DNA from: a virus
Strand: one strand, 5' to 3'
IMG/VR virus record: IMGVR_UViG_3300005264_000255
Location: 14,497 to 78,496 of that record
Length of the DNA stretch: 64,000 nt
The translations under genes and the position numbers were made by a program. The notes beneath the pieces were generated by a model, which was not told the origin of the DNA, did not search any database, and saw nothing but the letters and a program-made list of their open reading frames with translations. Numbering within the stretch: the first letter of the stretch is position 1; each line of letters begins with the position of its first letter. Positions 41,712 to 52,052 of the stretch are shown here, piece after piece.

Positions 41712-42035
41712 TTATTCGTAACTATATTCTATATCTATAAATAGATATTTACCTTTATGATATATCCTATCTATTTTAACACCAGTCTGTACCTTGTTGG
41801 AAACTGGACTGTTTATCGCTATAGTTCTTTCTAAATTAGTTATTACTGTAACTAACTGATTATAATTTATATTAGTGACATCGATATTTTCTAGATTACT
41901 TATAAAGTCATTTATATAATCACGTGTCCCTGGTTTTCTATATCTACCTAAAAGTATTAATTCAGATTGATAGAACGGTACTACCTTACCTATAAAACTT
42001 TTAAATAATGTAATATCTACGGTGACAATCTCCAT
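41712..42035 (-). CDS. Hypothetical protein
   Basis: 107 aa; AGGAG RBS. Confidence 0.65.
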   Translation of the reverse strand: MEIVTVDITLFKSFIGKVVPFYQSELILLGRYRKPGTRDYINDFISNLENIDVTNINYNQLVTVITNLERTIAINSPVSNKVQTGVKIDRIYHKGKYLFIDIEYSYE

Positions 42036-42037
42036 AA

Positions 42038-42631
42038 CTACTCCTGCATCTTTAATATGCCTATACTATAATTATTATATAATTTACTTAGAATAAAACA
42101 ATTCCTATTTAATCCTCTATCTTCTAGTGTAAATATATCATGTATAACACCATTATACTCGATTTGTAAATCTTTAAAGTATAGACTTATACTCTCTGTT
42201 ACATATTTTATACAATGATTTATCATTTCGTCATTACTTATAAAATATTTATACATATATGTTTTATCTAATGTAATCATAAAACTCTCATTAACTAAGT
42301 TAACGATATTCTTAGCGATACCAACGGAATTATTATCTAAACCACATAACATAATTCCTTTACATATATCCTTATATAATAACTTACCATAATCTAACAA
42401 AATTTTATCTGTTTCCTTAGCAGTAAAAACATCTTCTAATCCTGAAAATAACTTATGTATGTTAATATATACAATATCAGGATTTATTTTAATAATATAG
42501 AAACTATCTATATCTTCCTTACGTATATGTAGTTCCTGATAATCCTTAAAGAGTATCTCACTTAACATTTTATTTATTGGGGTGTCATGCATAACCAAAA
42601 TTATCCTCTTCATATAGTGGTCTATTCTCAA
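42038..42631 (-). CDS. Hypothetical protein
   Basis: 197 aa; true start may be downstream (ATG ~42613 or ~42589). Confidence 0.6.
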   Translation of the reverse strand: MRIDHYMKRIILVMHDTPINKMLSEILFKDYQELHIRKEDIDSFYIIKINPDIVYINIHKLFSGLEDVFTAKETDKILLDYGKLLYKDICKGIMLCGLDNNSVGIAKNIVNLVNESFMITLDKTYMYKYFISNDEMINHCIKYVTESISLYFKDLQIEYNGVIHDIFTLEDRGLNRNCFILSKLYNNYSIGILKMQE

Positions 42632-43442
42632 TTTTTACTTTACCCTCATAACTTACCAACGCATTGTTAATCATTTTAGCAAATTCCTCAGAATTTTCAA
42701 AAGTATTATCGGATAAATGTTGTTCGGATACTTCATTAACAACTGTGCCTGTTGATTGATCCATTAAATATAATTCTTCATTTAATAAGTATCTACGTGA
42801 TGACGGGCTATTATATAGATAAATACCTAAAGAACAACCATTTGATTTTATTCTAATAGTACTATCATCTTCCATGTCCAATGTACGCTTTACCTCATTA
42901 ATCACTAAATCAAAAATCTCTACCATTAGGTATACTGCATTATCGTTTAAGTATGTTAATGATCTAATATAATCCGTAACATTATGATAAACTATAGCAC
43001 TTTTATTTACTAATATAAACCTATCCGATATGTTAAAGATATCTTTTTTAACAATGTTAGATTCGCTATGTATATTTAACATATAATAAGACTCCATATA
43101 ATGGAATATGAATTTAAGGATACCTGTAATTGAGGGTACATCATTAATACACTTACTAATGTATCGATAGTTCCCACTAGTTAACGATAGGGTATCGTGG
43201 ATAGTAATTCTTCTGTTCTTTACAAAATCTACCAGCATAGCCTTATTCGATATATTCATATGGTTATCATTATACAGAAGAAACGGAGTTATCTCATTGT
43301 TAAAAAATAACCCTATAGGATTAATACTTAACTCAGTTAAAATCAACTTTACTTTATACATGATCTCTGATAGACTGCGTAGTTCGATGAAGCTCTTAAC
43401 CTTACATCCATCCAAGTCATCTTTAACCTGCTTTTTTATCAT
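42585..43442 (-). CDS. Hypothetical protein
   Basis: 285 aa; coupled to the upstream ORF. Confidence 0.65.
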   Translation of the reverse strand: MIKKQVKDDLDGCKVKSFIELRSLSEIMYKVKLILTELSINPIGLFFNNEITPFLLYNDNHMNISNKAMLVDFVKNRRITIHDTLSLTSGNYRYISKCINDVPSITGILKFIFHYMESYYMLNIHSESNIVKKDIFNISDRFILVNKSAIVYHNVTDYIRSLTYLNDNAVYLMVEIFDLVINEVKRTLDMEDDSTIRIKSNGCSLGIYLYNSPSSRRYLLNEELYLMDQSTGTVVNEVSEQHLSDNTFENSEEFAKMINNALVSYEGKVKIENRPLYEEDNFGYA

Positions 43443-43732
43443 TACGGTACCTCTTCTAATAAAATATCGATAGCTCTACCAGGAGTTAGATTAACAGTAA
43501 TATCCCTTAGAATCATGTATGAAACAGGATGACCAACATTATCATCTAACATCATATGGATTAGAGTATAAAGACCATTCATAACTTGTATAAAAATACT
43601 ATCGTTAAATGAGTTACTAATTACACATAAAGACTTAATACTTAAGGCTAACTCATCTTTAGTCTCTAAAAGGATTAAATCCTTATTATTAATACATATA
43701 TGATGTATAACTTTATGTGTTATTAAATTCAT
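43442..43732 (-). CDS. Hypothetical protein
   Basis: 96 aa; AAGGA RBS. Confidence 0.6.
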   Translation of the reverse strand: MNLITHKVIHHICINNKDLILLETKDELALSIKSLCVISNSFNDSIFIQVMNGLYTLIHMMLDDNVGHPVSYMILRDITVNLTPGRAIDILLEEVP

Positions 43733-43779
43733 CTATTTCCTTATATACTATCATTTTAATACGTTATCATACAAAACTA

Positions 43780-43809
43780 TATCTTACAGGACTTAAGTCC
43801 TGTAAGATA
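43780..43809. terminator. Perfect 30-bp palindrome downstream of phuZ
   Basis: TATCTTACAGGACTTAAGTCCTGTAAGATA. Confidence 0.7.
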
Positions 43810-43829
43810 GCTTAAAATGATTCTAAACG

Positions 43830-44876
43830 TTATTGTAAAATACCTAAACCAGTAATATCATCATTCAAATCTATATCATCAAATGGATCATACTCTACCT
43901 GTAGTAATTCATCCATCTTAATTAACTCTGCATTAAGAATTTTAGTTTCTTTTTGTAAGATGTTTTTTCTAAATAATAGATATAATGGATACTGTTTATA
44001 TGTACTTGCTAGCTTTGCTGGAATCACGCTAGTTTTGTTATGAAATAATGGTACCTGAATATCAACAGCTTCCTTATCAGAAATGATAGTTCTACTCATC
44101 AGCGTATCTACATCACCAAGTGTACCAACATTTATACCAATACTATATATACCTGGAGGTACTGTAAATGTAGTATAGTTAGTAGCATTAAAGAAATTAA
44201 TCATATCCTGATCATCAACACCAGTTAACGTGCCAGATGTAAAAACTGATATAGTTGATAACAGAGTAATTATCTTCTTATTTACATTTTCTTCAGAGGT
44301 AACAGTAGTGTTGTTCTTTACAGTATTATTATAGTATATAACACATAAAGCTTTCTTGTTAGATAAAGCAGCCTTTTGTAAAGTACGTATCGTATGTATG
44401 GTATTCTTAAGATTTAAATAATTACTACTATCACCGATTGTAGCTACAATAACATTGTAACCTTTACTTAACATAAAACCTGTTAATAAAGATGCTATAT
44501 TACCACCAGAACCACCACTAGCTGAACACATGATTACATAGTAATTATTTTTATTATTTTCAAACTTCTTTTTATCTAAATATCCTTTAAGAAAAGTGAA
44601 GATATCAGTAGCTAAATCCATATCCTTCTTCTCACCACCAGCACCATCGATTTGACTAGTAGCGATTCTATCTGTTGTGATTTTGGTAAATTTTGGTATA
44701 AAGTCTGTATAGTTATGGATAGTTTTATGTGTTGTATCTAATAACTCAATATCTACTTCACTATATCCTTCACCTAATTCTTTTAAAGTATTATGTGTCG
44801 TTATACCTAAATTAATACCTGCACCACCACAACCGATTATAGTTAACTTACCTGTTTTATTATTCATTATTTTCAT
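43830..44876 (-). CDS. phuZ: Phage tubulin PhuZ
   Basis: IGCGGAGIN, DT, GAG and SASGGSGG tubulin signature; T7-like loop GVDDQD; acidic C-terminal tail ending GLGILQ. Confidence 0.9.
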   Translation of the reverse strand: MKIMNNKTGKLTIIGCGGAGINLGITTHNTLKELGEGYSEVDIELLDTTHKTIHNYTDFIPKFTKITTDRIATSQIDGAGGEKKDMDLATDIFTFLKGYLDKKKFENNKNNYYVIMCSASGGSGGNIASLLTGFMLSKGYNVIVATIGDSSNYLNLKNTIHTIRTLQKAALSNKKALCVIYYNNTVKNNTTVTSEENVNKKIITLLSTISVFTSGTLTGVDDQDMINFFNATNYTTFTVPPGIYSIGINVGTLGDVDTLMSRTIISDKEAVDIQVPLFHNKTSVIPAKLASTYKQYPLYLLFRKNILQKETKILNAELIKMDELLQVEYDPFDDIDLNDDITGLGILQ

Positions 44877-45027
44877 TCCTTATTTTTTGTAGAGATGTTG
44901 ACTCTACTATATGATTATCAGAAGTAATATCTGGACCTGTTGACACATTACTACTTACCCCTATATGACTGGTAAAAGTAGTACCATCAGCTAATTATCC
45001 TTTGCTATTTTCATAGTCTTTTTAATA

Positions 45028-45070
45028 TTTAACTATAATGTTTAACCATAGTCTATCTAAATAATATATG
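45028..45070 (-). promoter_or_regulatory. Early promoter variant plus leader hairpin, upstream of phuZ
   Basis: Minus strand TATATTAT-TTAGATA-GACTATGGT-TAAAC-ATTATAGTT. Confidence 0.65.
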
Positions 45071-45100
45071 CTTGTTATGTATTCGAGTTAATTATAACTA

Positions 45101-47185
45101 TCACATATCCTCTTTTTTATCTAATTTATCATATGGTATATTAATTATATTAGATTCTTTTAATGCTAGTTTCCTAGAATTATATATCGGATCAATAAGT
45201 ATTACATCATTATGCATATTAACTCCCCAGTTACCAGTATGTGTATCTATACTAGGACTTGTATCATAATGATTGTAATTTGTTTTTAAGTAATCAAGAA
45301 GTAATGTTAATTCTTGATTTACCGACTTAGTGAGTTTCTTTTTACCTAGTTGTAATGTCTTCTCTATCACATCAACACTACCAAGTTCACCATAATCTAT
45401 GTAAACCTTTTGAAGTATTTCAGTATGTACATTAAGTTGTTTGTATTCCTTTTCACTAGGTCGTTTTAAATATTCTATTTCTAATATGTATAATACCTTT
45501 TCGTTATTTATTGGAACAACATCCACTCTATATACCTTAATTCTCGGATTAAATATCTGCCATAGTACCTTATCAGCTTCTAGTGTCAGACTTACAACAC
45601 TGGTATTAGTCATATCTTTTCTATCTTTTAAAACAGGAACTAAAGCAAAACCTGCTATACCTCTTCTCATTTGTAAAAGATGACTACTCATAATAGCTAA
45701 GATACTATCCTCTTTATTATACATAATCTCCATATCATATGTTTTTAGTATATCGTTTATCGGTTTAATAATATTCTTATTTTTAAATGCGTTAGCAATA
45801 AATGTATTATAAAAACCGGTGTTATTATCAGGTATATTAATATCTGTGTAATACTTATCGACATCCTTGATATAGTTTCTATGTTCTAGTCCCACAGTAA
45901 ACTTAGCACTACTTAAGTATATATCATTATTTATAAGACTATCCAATGTAGCACCCAGATTATCACTTATGTTTAAATTACTACCTAGTGTACTATGTAG
46001 AAAAGAACCAAAGAAACTATTCATAAAACTCTTATCTAGAATTTTTATCTCATTATCTATATCTTCTATATCTTTCAGTAATACTTTAATCTCATCTTTA
46101 TCTAAATTAGAAGTTCTTAACATAAAAATGATGGATGTTCTTATCTTAACAAAACGTTCTGATAATGTACCATGTTCATCGTTACTATAGTTACGATGTT
46201 GTTGTAATTGTATAAACCTATTAGTATTACCTATTATGGTTCCTATGAAAGAGAATAACACTAAATTAAAAATATACAATGGAGATGCTGTTATAAATAA
46301 GATTAAGGTTATTATTATAGTATTAATTAACCATATAAACATTCCCAGAATAAGAAAGTTTTCATAACTGAGTTCTTTAGTCTTACTGAGTTTGTTTAAT
46401 GTTTTAGTTAACTGAGCACCATATCCAAACTTACTTACAAAACTATCGGCTTCATATTCAACATCGGTATCATCAGTTTCTCTACCACTAGTTAATAGTA
46501 TACCATCAAACTTACTTGTTAGTTTACTGTATACCTTAGTAATACCATCTTTACTATTAAGTTGTTTATCTCCTGTTATTACCAACTCATTAACAACTAC
46601 ATCAGCGTCATTTAGTAGTAAGCCATTTAACAATGAGGATATACTTTTATTAGTATCAGCATACATTTCTAATAGTGTAAATATATGACCTATTTCATGG
46701 AGTATAATGGCTATGAAATCATCCTTGGTAACATCCATAGACATACTTCTTAAAGAAACTAATAAGGTAAAACTGTAATCATCACTTAATCCGTTAATCT
46801 TACATTCTTTTAAATCTATGTCTATTCTATTCTTCTCTATATACTTTTCAAATTTAACTAACTGTTTACTAGCTTTGTTAACATCTTTAGATAAATCGTT
46901 CATACTAAAATTACTTTTTATCTGCTTAGTATTAAAAATAGGGAATACTGCGAATGTATTGGAATTCCTTAGATTAATGTTTAGATTAAAACGTTTCTTT
47001 AACATCTTATTAAACATTTCATTTATGTTTTTTAAATCATTAGTAAGCTCTTTTTTATCAATACTTTTCTTTCGATAGTATAATGTACCTACCTTTCTAA
47101 GTTTATCGTATACTATCGATATATCGTTGATAACCTCATCGTTTAATTGTGCCTGTATAATAGACTCTAAACCTACTTTAATCAT
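45101..47185 (-). CDS. Virion head protein with zincin HExxH motif and TM segment, fused to a C-terminal kinase-like domain
   Basis: Likely start ATG 47185 (AAGGA RBS); KVGLE-S; AIILHEIGH; EYEADSFVSKFGYG; hydrophobic hairpin; TVGLE-H; then LEIEYL...SIDTHTGNWG...ILIDP. Confidence 0.65.
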   Translation of the reverse strand: MIKVGLESIIQAQLNDEVINDISIVYDKLRKVGTLYYRKKSIDKKELTNDLKNINEMFNKMLKKRFNLNINLRNSNTFAVFPIFNTKQIKSNFSMNDLSKDVNKASKQLVKFEKYIEKNRIDIDLKECKINGLSDDYSFTLLVSLRSMSMDVTKDDFIAIILHEIGHIFTLLEMYADTNKSISSLLNGLLLNDADVVVNELVITGDKQLNSKDGITKVYSKLTSKFDGILLTSGRETDDTDVEYEADSFVSKFGYGAQLTKTLNKLSKTKELSYENFLILGMFIWLINTIIITLILFITASPLYIFNLVLFSFIGTIIGNTNRFIQLQQHRNYSNDEHGTLSERFVKIRTSIIFMLRTSNLDKDEIKVLLKDIEDIDNEIKILDKSFMNSFFGSFLHSTLGSNLNISDNLGATLDSLINNDIYLSSAKFTVGLEHRNYIKDVDKYYTDINIPDNNTGFYNTFIANAFKNKNIIKPINDILKTYDMEIMYNKEDSILAIMSSHLLQMRRGIAGFALVPVLKDRKDMTNTSVVSLTLEADKVLWQIFNPRIKVYRVDVVPINNEKVLYILEIEYLKRPSEKEYKQLNVHTEILQKVYIDYGELGSVDVIEKTLQLGKKKLTKSVNQELTLLLDYLKTNYNHYDTSPSIDTHTGNWGVNMHNDVILIDPIYNSRKLALKESNIINIPYDKLDKKEDM

Positions 47186-47346
47186 ATCTGTTCCTTTGTC
47201 TTTAGTAATCAATCTATGAATATGTTGTTATTTTTTACTACCTTTTCCTAATAAAAAGGATTTCTATTAATTAATACGATATACCTTTATTACCTTGATT
47301 ATTTTTAAAGTAATAAAAATATAAAATTTATACACAAGGAACGACT

Positions 47347-48171
47347 ATGAAAAAACCTTTAATTAAATGGATCAATGGTAAGCAACAGTTACTAGGTGAA
47401 TTAAGAAAACTAATGCCAGAGAAGTATAATCATTACTACGAACCATTCTTCGGTAGTGGTGCGTTGTTCTTTGATGTTAAACCTAAAGATGCAACCATTG
47501 GTGACCGTAACAAGGAGTTAATTAATTTCTATACTGTAGTTAGAGATGCTCCTAAAGAACTCTTAGCAAATGTATTAACACATAGTAATACTTCCGAATA
47601 CTATTATACTATACGTAACCTTGATAGGAATACTGTATTCTTTAACAAACTATCTGACATTGTAAAGGCTGGTAGATTTATATACTTAAACAAATCCTGT
47701 TTTAATGGACTTTATCGACTTAACAAGTCTGGTCATTTTAGTGTACCTTTCGCTAAGTACGATAAACCGATATACTGTATTCCTGAGGATGTTTTAGAAA
47801 GTAGTAAATTACTACAGAATACTAAAATCTATTCTGGTAATTTTGATAAAATTAAAAAGGATATTAAGAAAGGAGATCTTATCTATCTTGACCCACCATA
47901 TCATCCTTTATCTAAAACAGTAAGACCTATAAATCCTGCGGATAATAAGTTTAATGAAAAGAACTATAACGATGTAAAGAAATTATGTGATTACATAGAT
48001 AGTATTGGTGGATACTTTATGGTATCTACTACGTATTGTAAGTTTATTACTGATTTATTTAAATCTGATAAATATCATTTACATAAGGTTACGAATGTTT
48101 GTGGTGCTAAAATATCCTTAGTAGGTAGACAAACAGTACAAGAGGTAATCATTACAAACTACACTAACTAG
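47347..48171 (+). CDS. dam: DNA adenine methyltransferase, Dam/D12 family
   Basis: KW..GK, YYEPFFGSGA, FIYLNK.CFNGLYR.N..G.F.VP, YLDPPY and EVII.NY motifs. Confidence 0.9.
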   Translation: MKKPLIKWINGKQQLLGELRKLMPEKYNHYYEPFFGSGALFFDVKPKDATIGDRNKELINFYTVVRDAPKELLANVLTHSNTSEYYYTIRNLDRNTVFFNKLSDIVKAGRFIYLNKSCFNGLYRLNKSGHFSVPFAKYDKPIYCIPEDVLESSKLLQNTKIYSGNFDKIKKDIKKGDLIYLDPPYHPLSKTVRPINPADNKFNEKNYNDVKKLCDYIDSIGGYFMVSTTYCKFITDLFKSDKYHLHKVTNVCGAKISLVGRQTVQEVIITNYTN

Positions 48172-48193
48172 GAGCAATGCTCCTAGTTAGTGT
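48161..48193. terminator. 16-bp-stem hairpin
   Basis: ACACTAACTAGGAGCA-A-TGCTCCTAGTTAGTGT. Confidence 0.7.
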
Positions 48194-48375
48194 CTGTATA
48201 AATGTAATCTATCGTAACGCATATTCCGTTATTTTCCAATATAATATGGCTCGTTACTTTCAACAACCTACCATAATATCTCCTTCATTTAATTTTTAAT
48301 CTGTAAGGTTTAAGATACATATCGCCCATATGTGCTTTATGTTTCTTTCCTTATAAGTATAGTTCATATTAATTA

Positions 48376-50112
48376 CTATTTAAAAGTAATATATGTAGAA
48401 TTTAACATTATCTTATTATGGTTTCTAAATGAGTTAATTCCCATTGTATATACCATTCTAATAAACTTGTTATTCTTTATGTTATTCTCAAACTCTTCAA
48501 ATTCTTTTTCTTTTATAGTATAGAAAGCACTAAACACTGTTTCACTCTCAGGATTAAACTTTATATTTACAGATAGGTAATTAGCACTCTTTTTAAAAAT
48601 TCTGTAACTATCTATATAAAAATCAGAACAAAAGCTAGGTTTCTCAAAACCAATACCATATGGACCTATATCTACTATGTCGAATAAACTTAATATAAGA
48701 TGTTTAACGCTGTAAATATAATCATCTACATAATGGTTAGCTATCCCTTCCAATTCATGAGTACTGACCTCTTCTTGAAGTAGCTTATAGAATAGTTCTA
48801 TATCAGGTAGTATCTTCGCACCTATGGCTTTAGGATGTCCACCATGACTAACTATTATATCACTCTTTTTAGCAATATCGTCTAAAAGTAATTTTATATT
48901 AAGATTTTCATCCTGACTTCGACCACTACCAGAGTAATAAGTTTTACCTTTCTCAGTAACCTTAGTAAAAACTATAACTAACTTAAGATTATCATCATAC
49001 ATAACACCACTACTAATGATACCCTGTACTCCATTAGAGTTATCAGCAAGTATTACTTTTATGATACCATCTGTAAATTCTTTATTTTTAGGATTATGTC
49101 TAGCATCAGATGTCTTCTTTTTACGTTTATCATTAATCTCTATAGCACTATTAAGAAAACTTTTACTATCCTCTAAAGACTTACTAACAAGTACTTCATA
49201 ACTTAGTCTAGGGTCAGCAATTCTACCTGTAGCATTTAATATTGGTATAACATTAAACCCTAGTATAGTTTCATCTATAATATATGATGTGTTCAGATGT
49301 GTTTTAATATACTCCCAGAAAGGTTCATGTTTAATTTTACTACTATTAATATCTACTAAAGCTTTAATTACTATCTTCCTATTAACATAGTTCCTTAAAT
49401 CCATACAATCTGATATAATAGTTAAACCTACATAAGTTAACATATAGTAAATATAGTTAGTAGTCTCTATAGGAATATCTTTATTAAACTGTTTATAGGC
49501 ATGTAATAACGTAAAGTATATTATACCTGGGTCAGTTACAATAACTTTACAGTTTAATCCATCTCTTATCCTAGTTAAGTTAACCCTATTAGCAGAACCA
49601 TGGTCACTAGTCATAACTAGTGCTATATCTTTATACTGTAAAACTTCCTCAGTTAAGTTATCATTTATACCATTACCATCATTACGCTTATTAATGATAA
49701 CCTCAAAGTTATCATATTTGAAAACATTACTAAAGAATTTTTGACCAATAGCAGCAGAACCAACACCATCAAGGTCATAATCCGATAATAGTAATATCTT
49801 ACCATTTTCTTTCATAACATCCAGTAAAACTCTAGTACTATCTACTAATTCAGGTAACATAGATTCTAAGAATGATGGCTCCAGTATATCAGCTAACTTA
49901 GTATTATAATACTTATCTAAAGATTCAACTCCATCATGACGATTAGCCATAATATTACGTTGTAGGAATGATGAATAATATTTACTAACATTATCCACTA
50001 ATGCCTGTTCAGGTTCATTTATTACAATATTATCATTAGCTAAATCATCACCTAATTGACCGTATTGTATTTCGTAACCATTAGGTAGGGTTACTGTCTT
50101 ATTTTTATTCAT
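48376..50112 (-). CDS. recJ: RecJ-like ssDNA exonuclease (DHH family), DHH motif missing in this sequence
   Basis: DYDLDG, TSDHG, ISDCMDL...NR, P.LNA.GR, N..RK, GSGRS, GGH..A.G and GPYG.GF..P motifs present; IVTD is followed directly by PGIIY. Confidence 0.8.
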   Translation of the reverse strand: MNKNKTVTLPNGYEIQYGQLGDDLANDNIVINEPEQALVDNVSKYYSSFLQRNIMANRHDGVESLDKYYNTKLADILEPSFLESMLPELVDSTRVLLDVMKENGKILLLSDYDLDGVGSAAIGQKFFSNVFKYDNFEVIINKRNDGNGINDNLTEEVLQYKDIALVMTSDHGSANRVNLTRIRDGLNCKVIVTDPGIIYFTLLHAYKQFNKDIPIETTNYIYYMLTYVGLTIISDCMDLRNYVNRKIVIKALVDINSSKIKHEPFWEYIKTHLNTSYIIDETILGFNVIPILNATGRIADPRLSYEVLVSKSLEDSKSFLNSAIEINDKRKKKTSDARHNPKNKEFTDGIIKVILADNSNGVQGIISSGVMYDDNLKLVIVFTKVTEKGKTYYSGSGRSQDENLNIKLLLDDIAKKSDIIVSHGGHPKAIGAKILPDIELFYKLLQEEVSTHELEGIANHYVDDYIYSVKHLILSLFDIVDIGPYGIGFEKPSFCSDFYIDSYRIFKKSANYLSVNIKFNPESETVFSAFYTIKEKEFEEFENNIKNNKFIRMVYTMGINSFRNHNKIMLNSTYITFK

Positions 50113-50226
50113 TTATTATCCTTTCTTTAATCTTTCATATAAGTAATGTTTGTTAATGAAATATCTAGTAAAGATGTATCTATTTGATTACTTACTTTTA
50201 TTTGATAAAACACTATAAGGATATTT

Positions 50227-51447
50227 ATGAACAAGTATAAAGATATAAAAGATTTTATGGCAATAAAACTTAAACATATTAAGATAAATAGTAAGTTAAC
50301 CAAGAGGATTAGACAATTCAGATATGAATGGTCTGCTAAGAGTGACGATTATCTAGATTTTCTAGGTAGTAACCTATTAGGTGTCCATTATATAAGATTT
50401 TCTGAATTAGATAATATTAAGCTCATGAATGATACTTTACATATAGAGGATTACAGTATTCTCCAAAAGGAGATATTCGATGTACCTGATATGAAAAAGA
50501 AATATAAGGTAGCCTCCAACATCATTTATCAGGTATTAATGTATCTAGCTTATCGTTACTTAAAAAGTAAAGATTTATCTAAGGATGAAAGAGAGAATGG
50601 TATCAGAGAGTTATTTTTATTAATGGAATATAAGATGTTTACTTCTTTATATAGTAGATACTTCATATATCAAACACCTGAACCTATTGCTGTAACAGTA
50701 TACAACAGACTATCTCATAAATACCTTATAAAGAATTTAGAGAACTGGCAAGAGTTATTTGAATATAGGGTTAATATATTATTAGAAAAAAATAGTGTTA
50801 ATAATAAGCAATTAAGTAACTATAATACTCTGAATAGTATTGCTTTAATATCTGCTATACAAACTAAACTACGTGGTAACGTAAAAGAAATCTATGTTGA
50901 ACTAATAGATGTTATTGAGAATGATGATATAATGAAGATAGAATCTTCCACATATGTAGGTGGTGAGGCAGGTGTTGAGCAGGGTAAGGAAGTTACTATC
51001 GGTAATCATATCTATATAAACAGAATAAAGCAAATAGCTCAACAAAAACATGATTTTATAGATAACGAAACCATAAAGATAGTTAGTACTCTGTTTAATA
51101 ATGTAGATGAAGATCTTATAAAAAAATTCCTTATATGTATGACTAACGATAAATTTATACAACATGATGAATTACAAAAAATAATAGAGACTTCTATGCT
51201 TATTTCATTTGCATACCTACAACGTATGAATGTTAATGTGGAAAATAAAGAAACCATACCTAAAGCATTGATAAATATTAGATTTTATTGGGCTAGTAGT
51301 AAGGTTAAGAATGAAGAGATGAATACTATTAAAGGACGATTAGCAGTTAAGGCTAAGGAATGTATCAATCGTAAGACAAACTGGCTATTAACTACCTTAG
51401 CGTTAAGCTACGTAATATACATATATCTAAGAAGTATGAAGAAATAA
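50227..51447 (+). CDS. Conserved chimallivirus protein (probably structural)
   Basis: 406 aa; FLGSNLLGV..IRF, YK..TS..S.YF and L..K..IK....W motifs. Confidence 0.55.
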   Translation: MNKYKDIKDFMAIKLKHIKINSKLTKRIRQFRYEWSAKSDDYLDFLGSNLLGVHYIRFSELDNIKLMNDTLHIEDYSILQKEIFDVPDMKKKYKVASNIIYQVLMYLAYRYLKSKDLSKDERENGIRELFLLMEYKMFTSLYSRYFIYQTPEPIAVTVYNRLSHKYLIKNLENWQELFEYRVNILLEKNSVNNKQLSNYNTLNSIALISAIQTKLRGNVKEIYVELIDVIENDDIMKIESSTYVGGEAGVEQGKEVTIGNHIYINRIKQIAQQKHDFIDNETIKIVSTLFNNVDEDLIKKFLICMTNDKFIQHDELQKIIETSMLISFAYLQRMNVNVENKETIPKALINIRFYWASSKVKNEEMNTIKGRLAVKAKECINRKTNWLLTTLALSYVIYIYLRSMKK

Positions 51448-51569
51448 AAAAAACAGACATAAAAGTTCGTTCTTCTATGAAGGTCATAATATCGTAAATT
51501 ACCCCATTGAAACATACATGACTATTCATACAGTAGATCTTACCTCTCCCGTCAAGAGTAGTTAGGTAG

Positions 51570-52001
51570 TCATGATTGTTTGTTACACTTAATTATACAA
51601 GGTAATTTATATTTAAACGAAGGATTCGTTATACCACTTTCATCATCAGATACAATTTGACCAGATACATTATGGTCTATTGATTTAAGTATATCTTCTT
51701 TAGTCATAAGTAGAATAGTACTTCCTGATCCTATGACACCTTTACCAGTAAATTGACTATGTCTCCATGACTGCTCTGGTGTAGCTCTAGGTTTATACCA
51801 TAGCTCTCCATTTTCATCGATTATAACGATTTCATAATCATTAACAATCATATTATCAAAGTTATCCATAAAAACTTTATTAAGTAATTTTTTACTAGGA
51901 TACCACTCACCTTCTGTGTCTTTCTCATATAACAGATTATCATTACTTACGAAGAACATGCCATTGTTATAGATATGTCCTTTTATTTCTTTTAAATTCA
52001 T
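51570..52001 (-). CDS. Hypothetical protein
   Basis: 143 aa ORF. Confidence 0.65.
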   Translation of the reverse strand: MNLKEIKGHIYNNGMFFVSNDNLLYEKDTEGEWYPSKKLLNKVFMDNFDNMIVNDYEIVIIDENGELWYKPRATPEQSWRHSQFTGKGVIGSGSTILLMTKEDILKSIDHNVSGQIVSDDESGITNPSFKYKLPCIIKCNKQS

Positions 52002-52052
52002 TGTTAAACCTTCTTATTATATTTACTTTACCTTTATCAGGTTAGTTTATCT

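Noticed and set aside
44880-45013. Leader peptide or sRNA upstream of phuZ
   Set aside because: Reads as a broken coding fragment consistent with the other apparent assembly lesions; no convincing structure.
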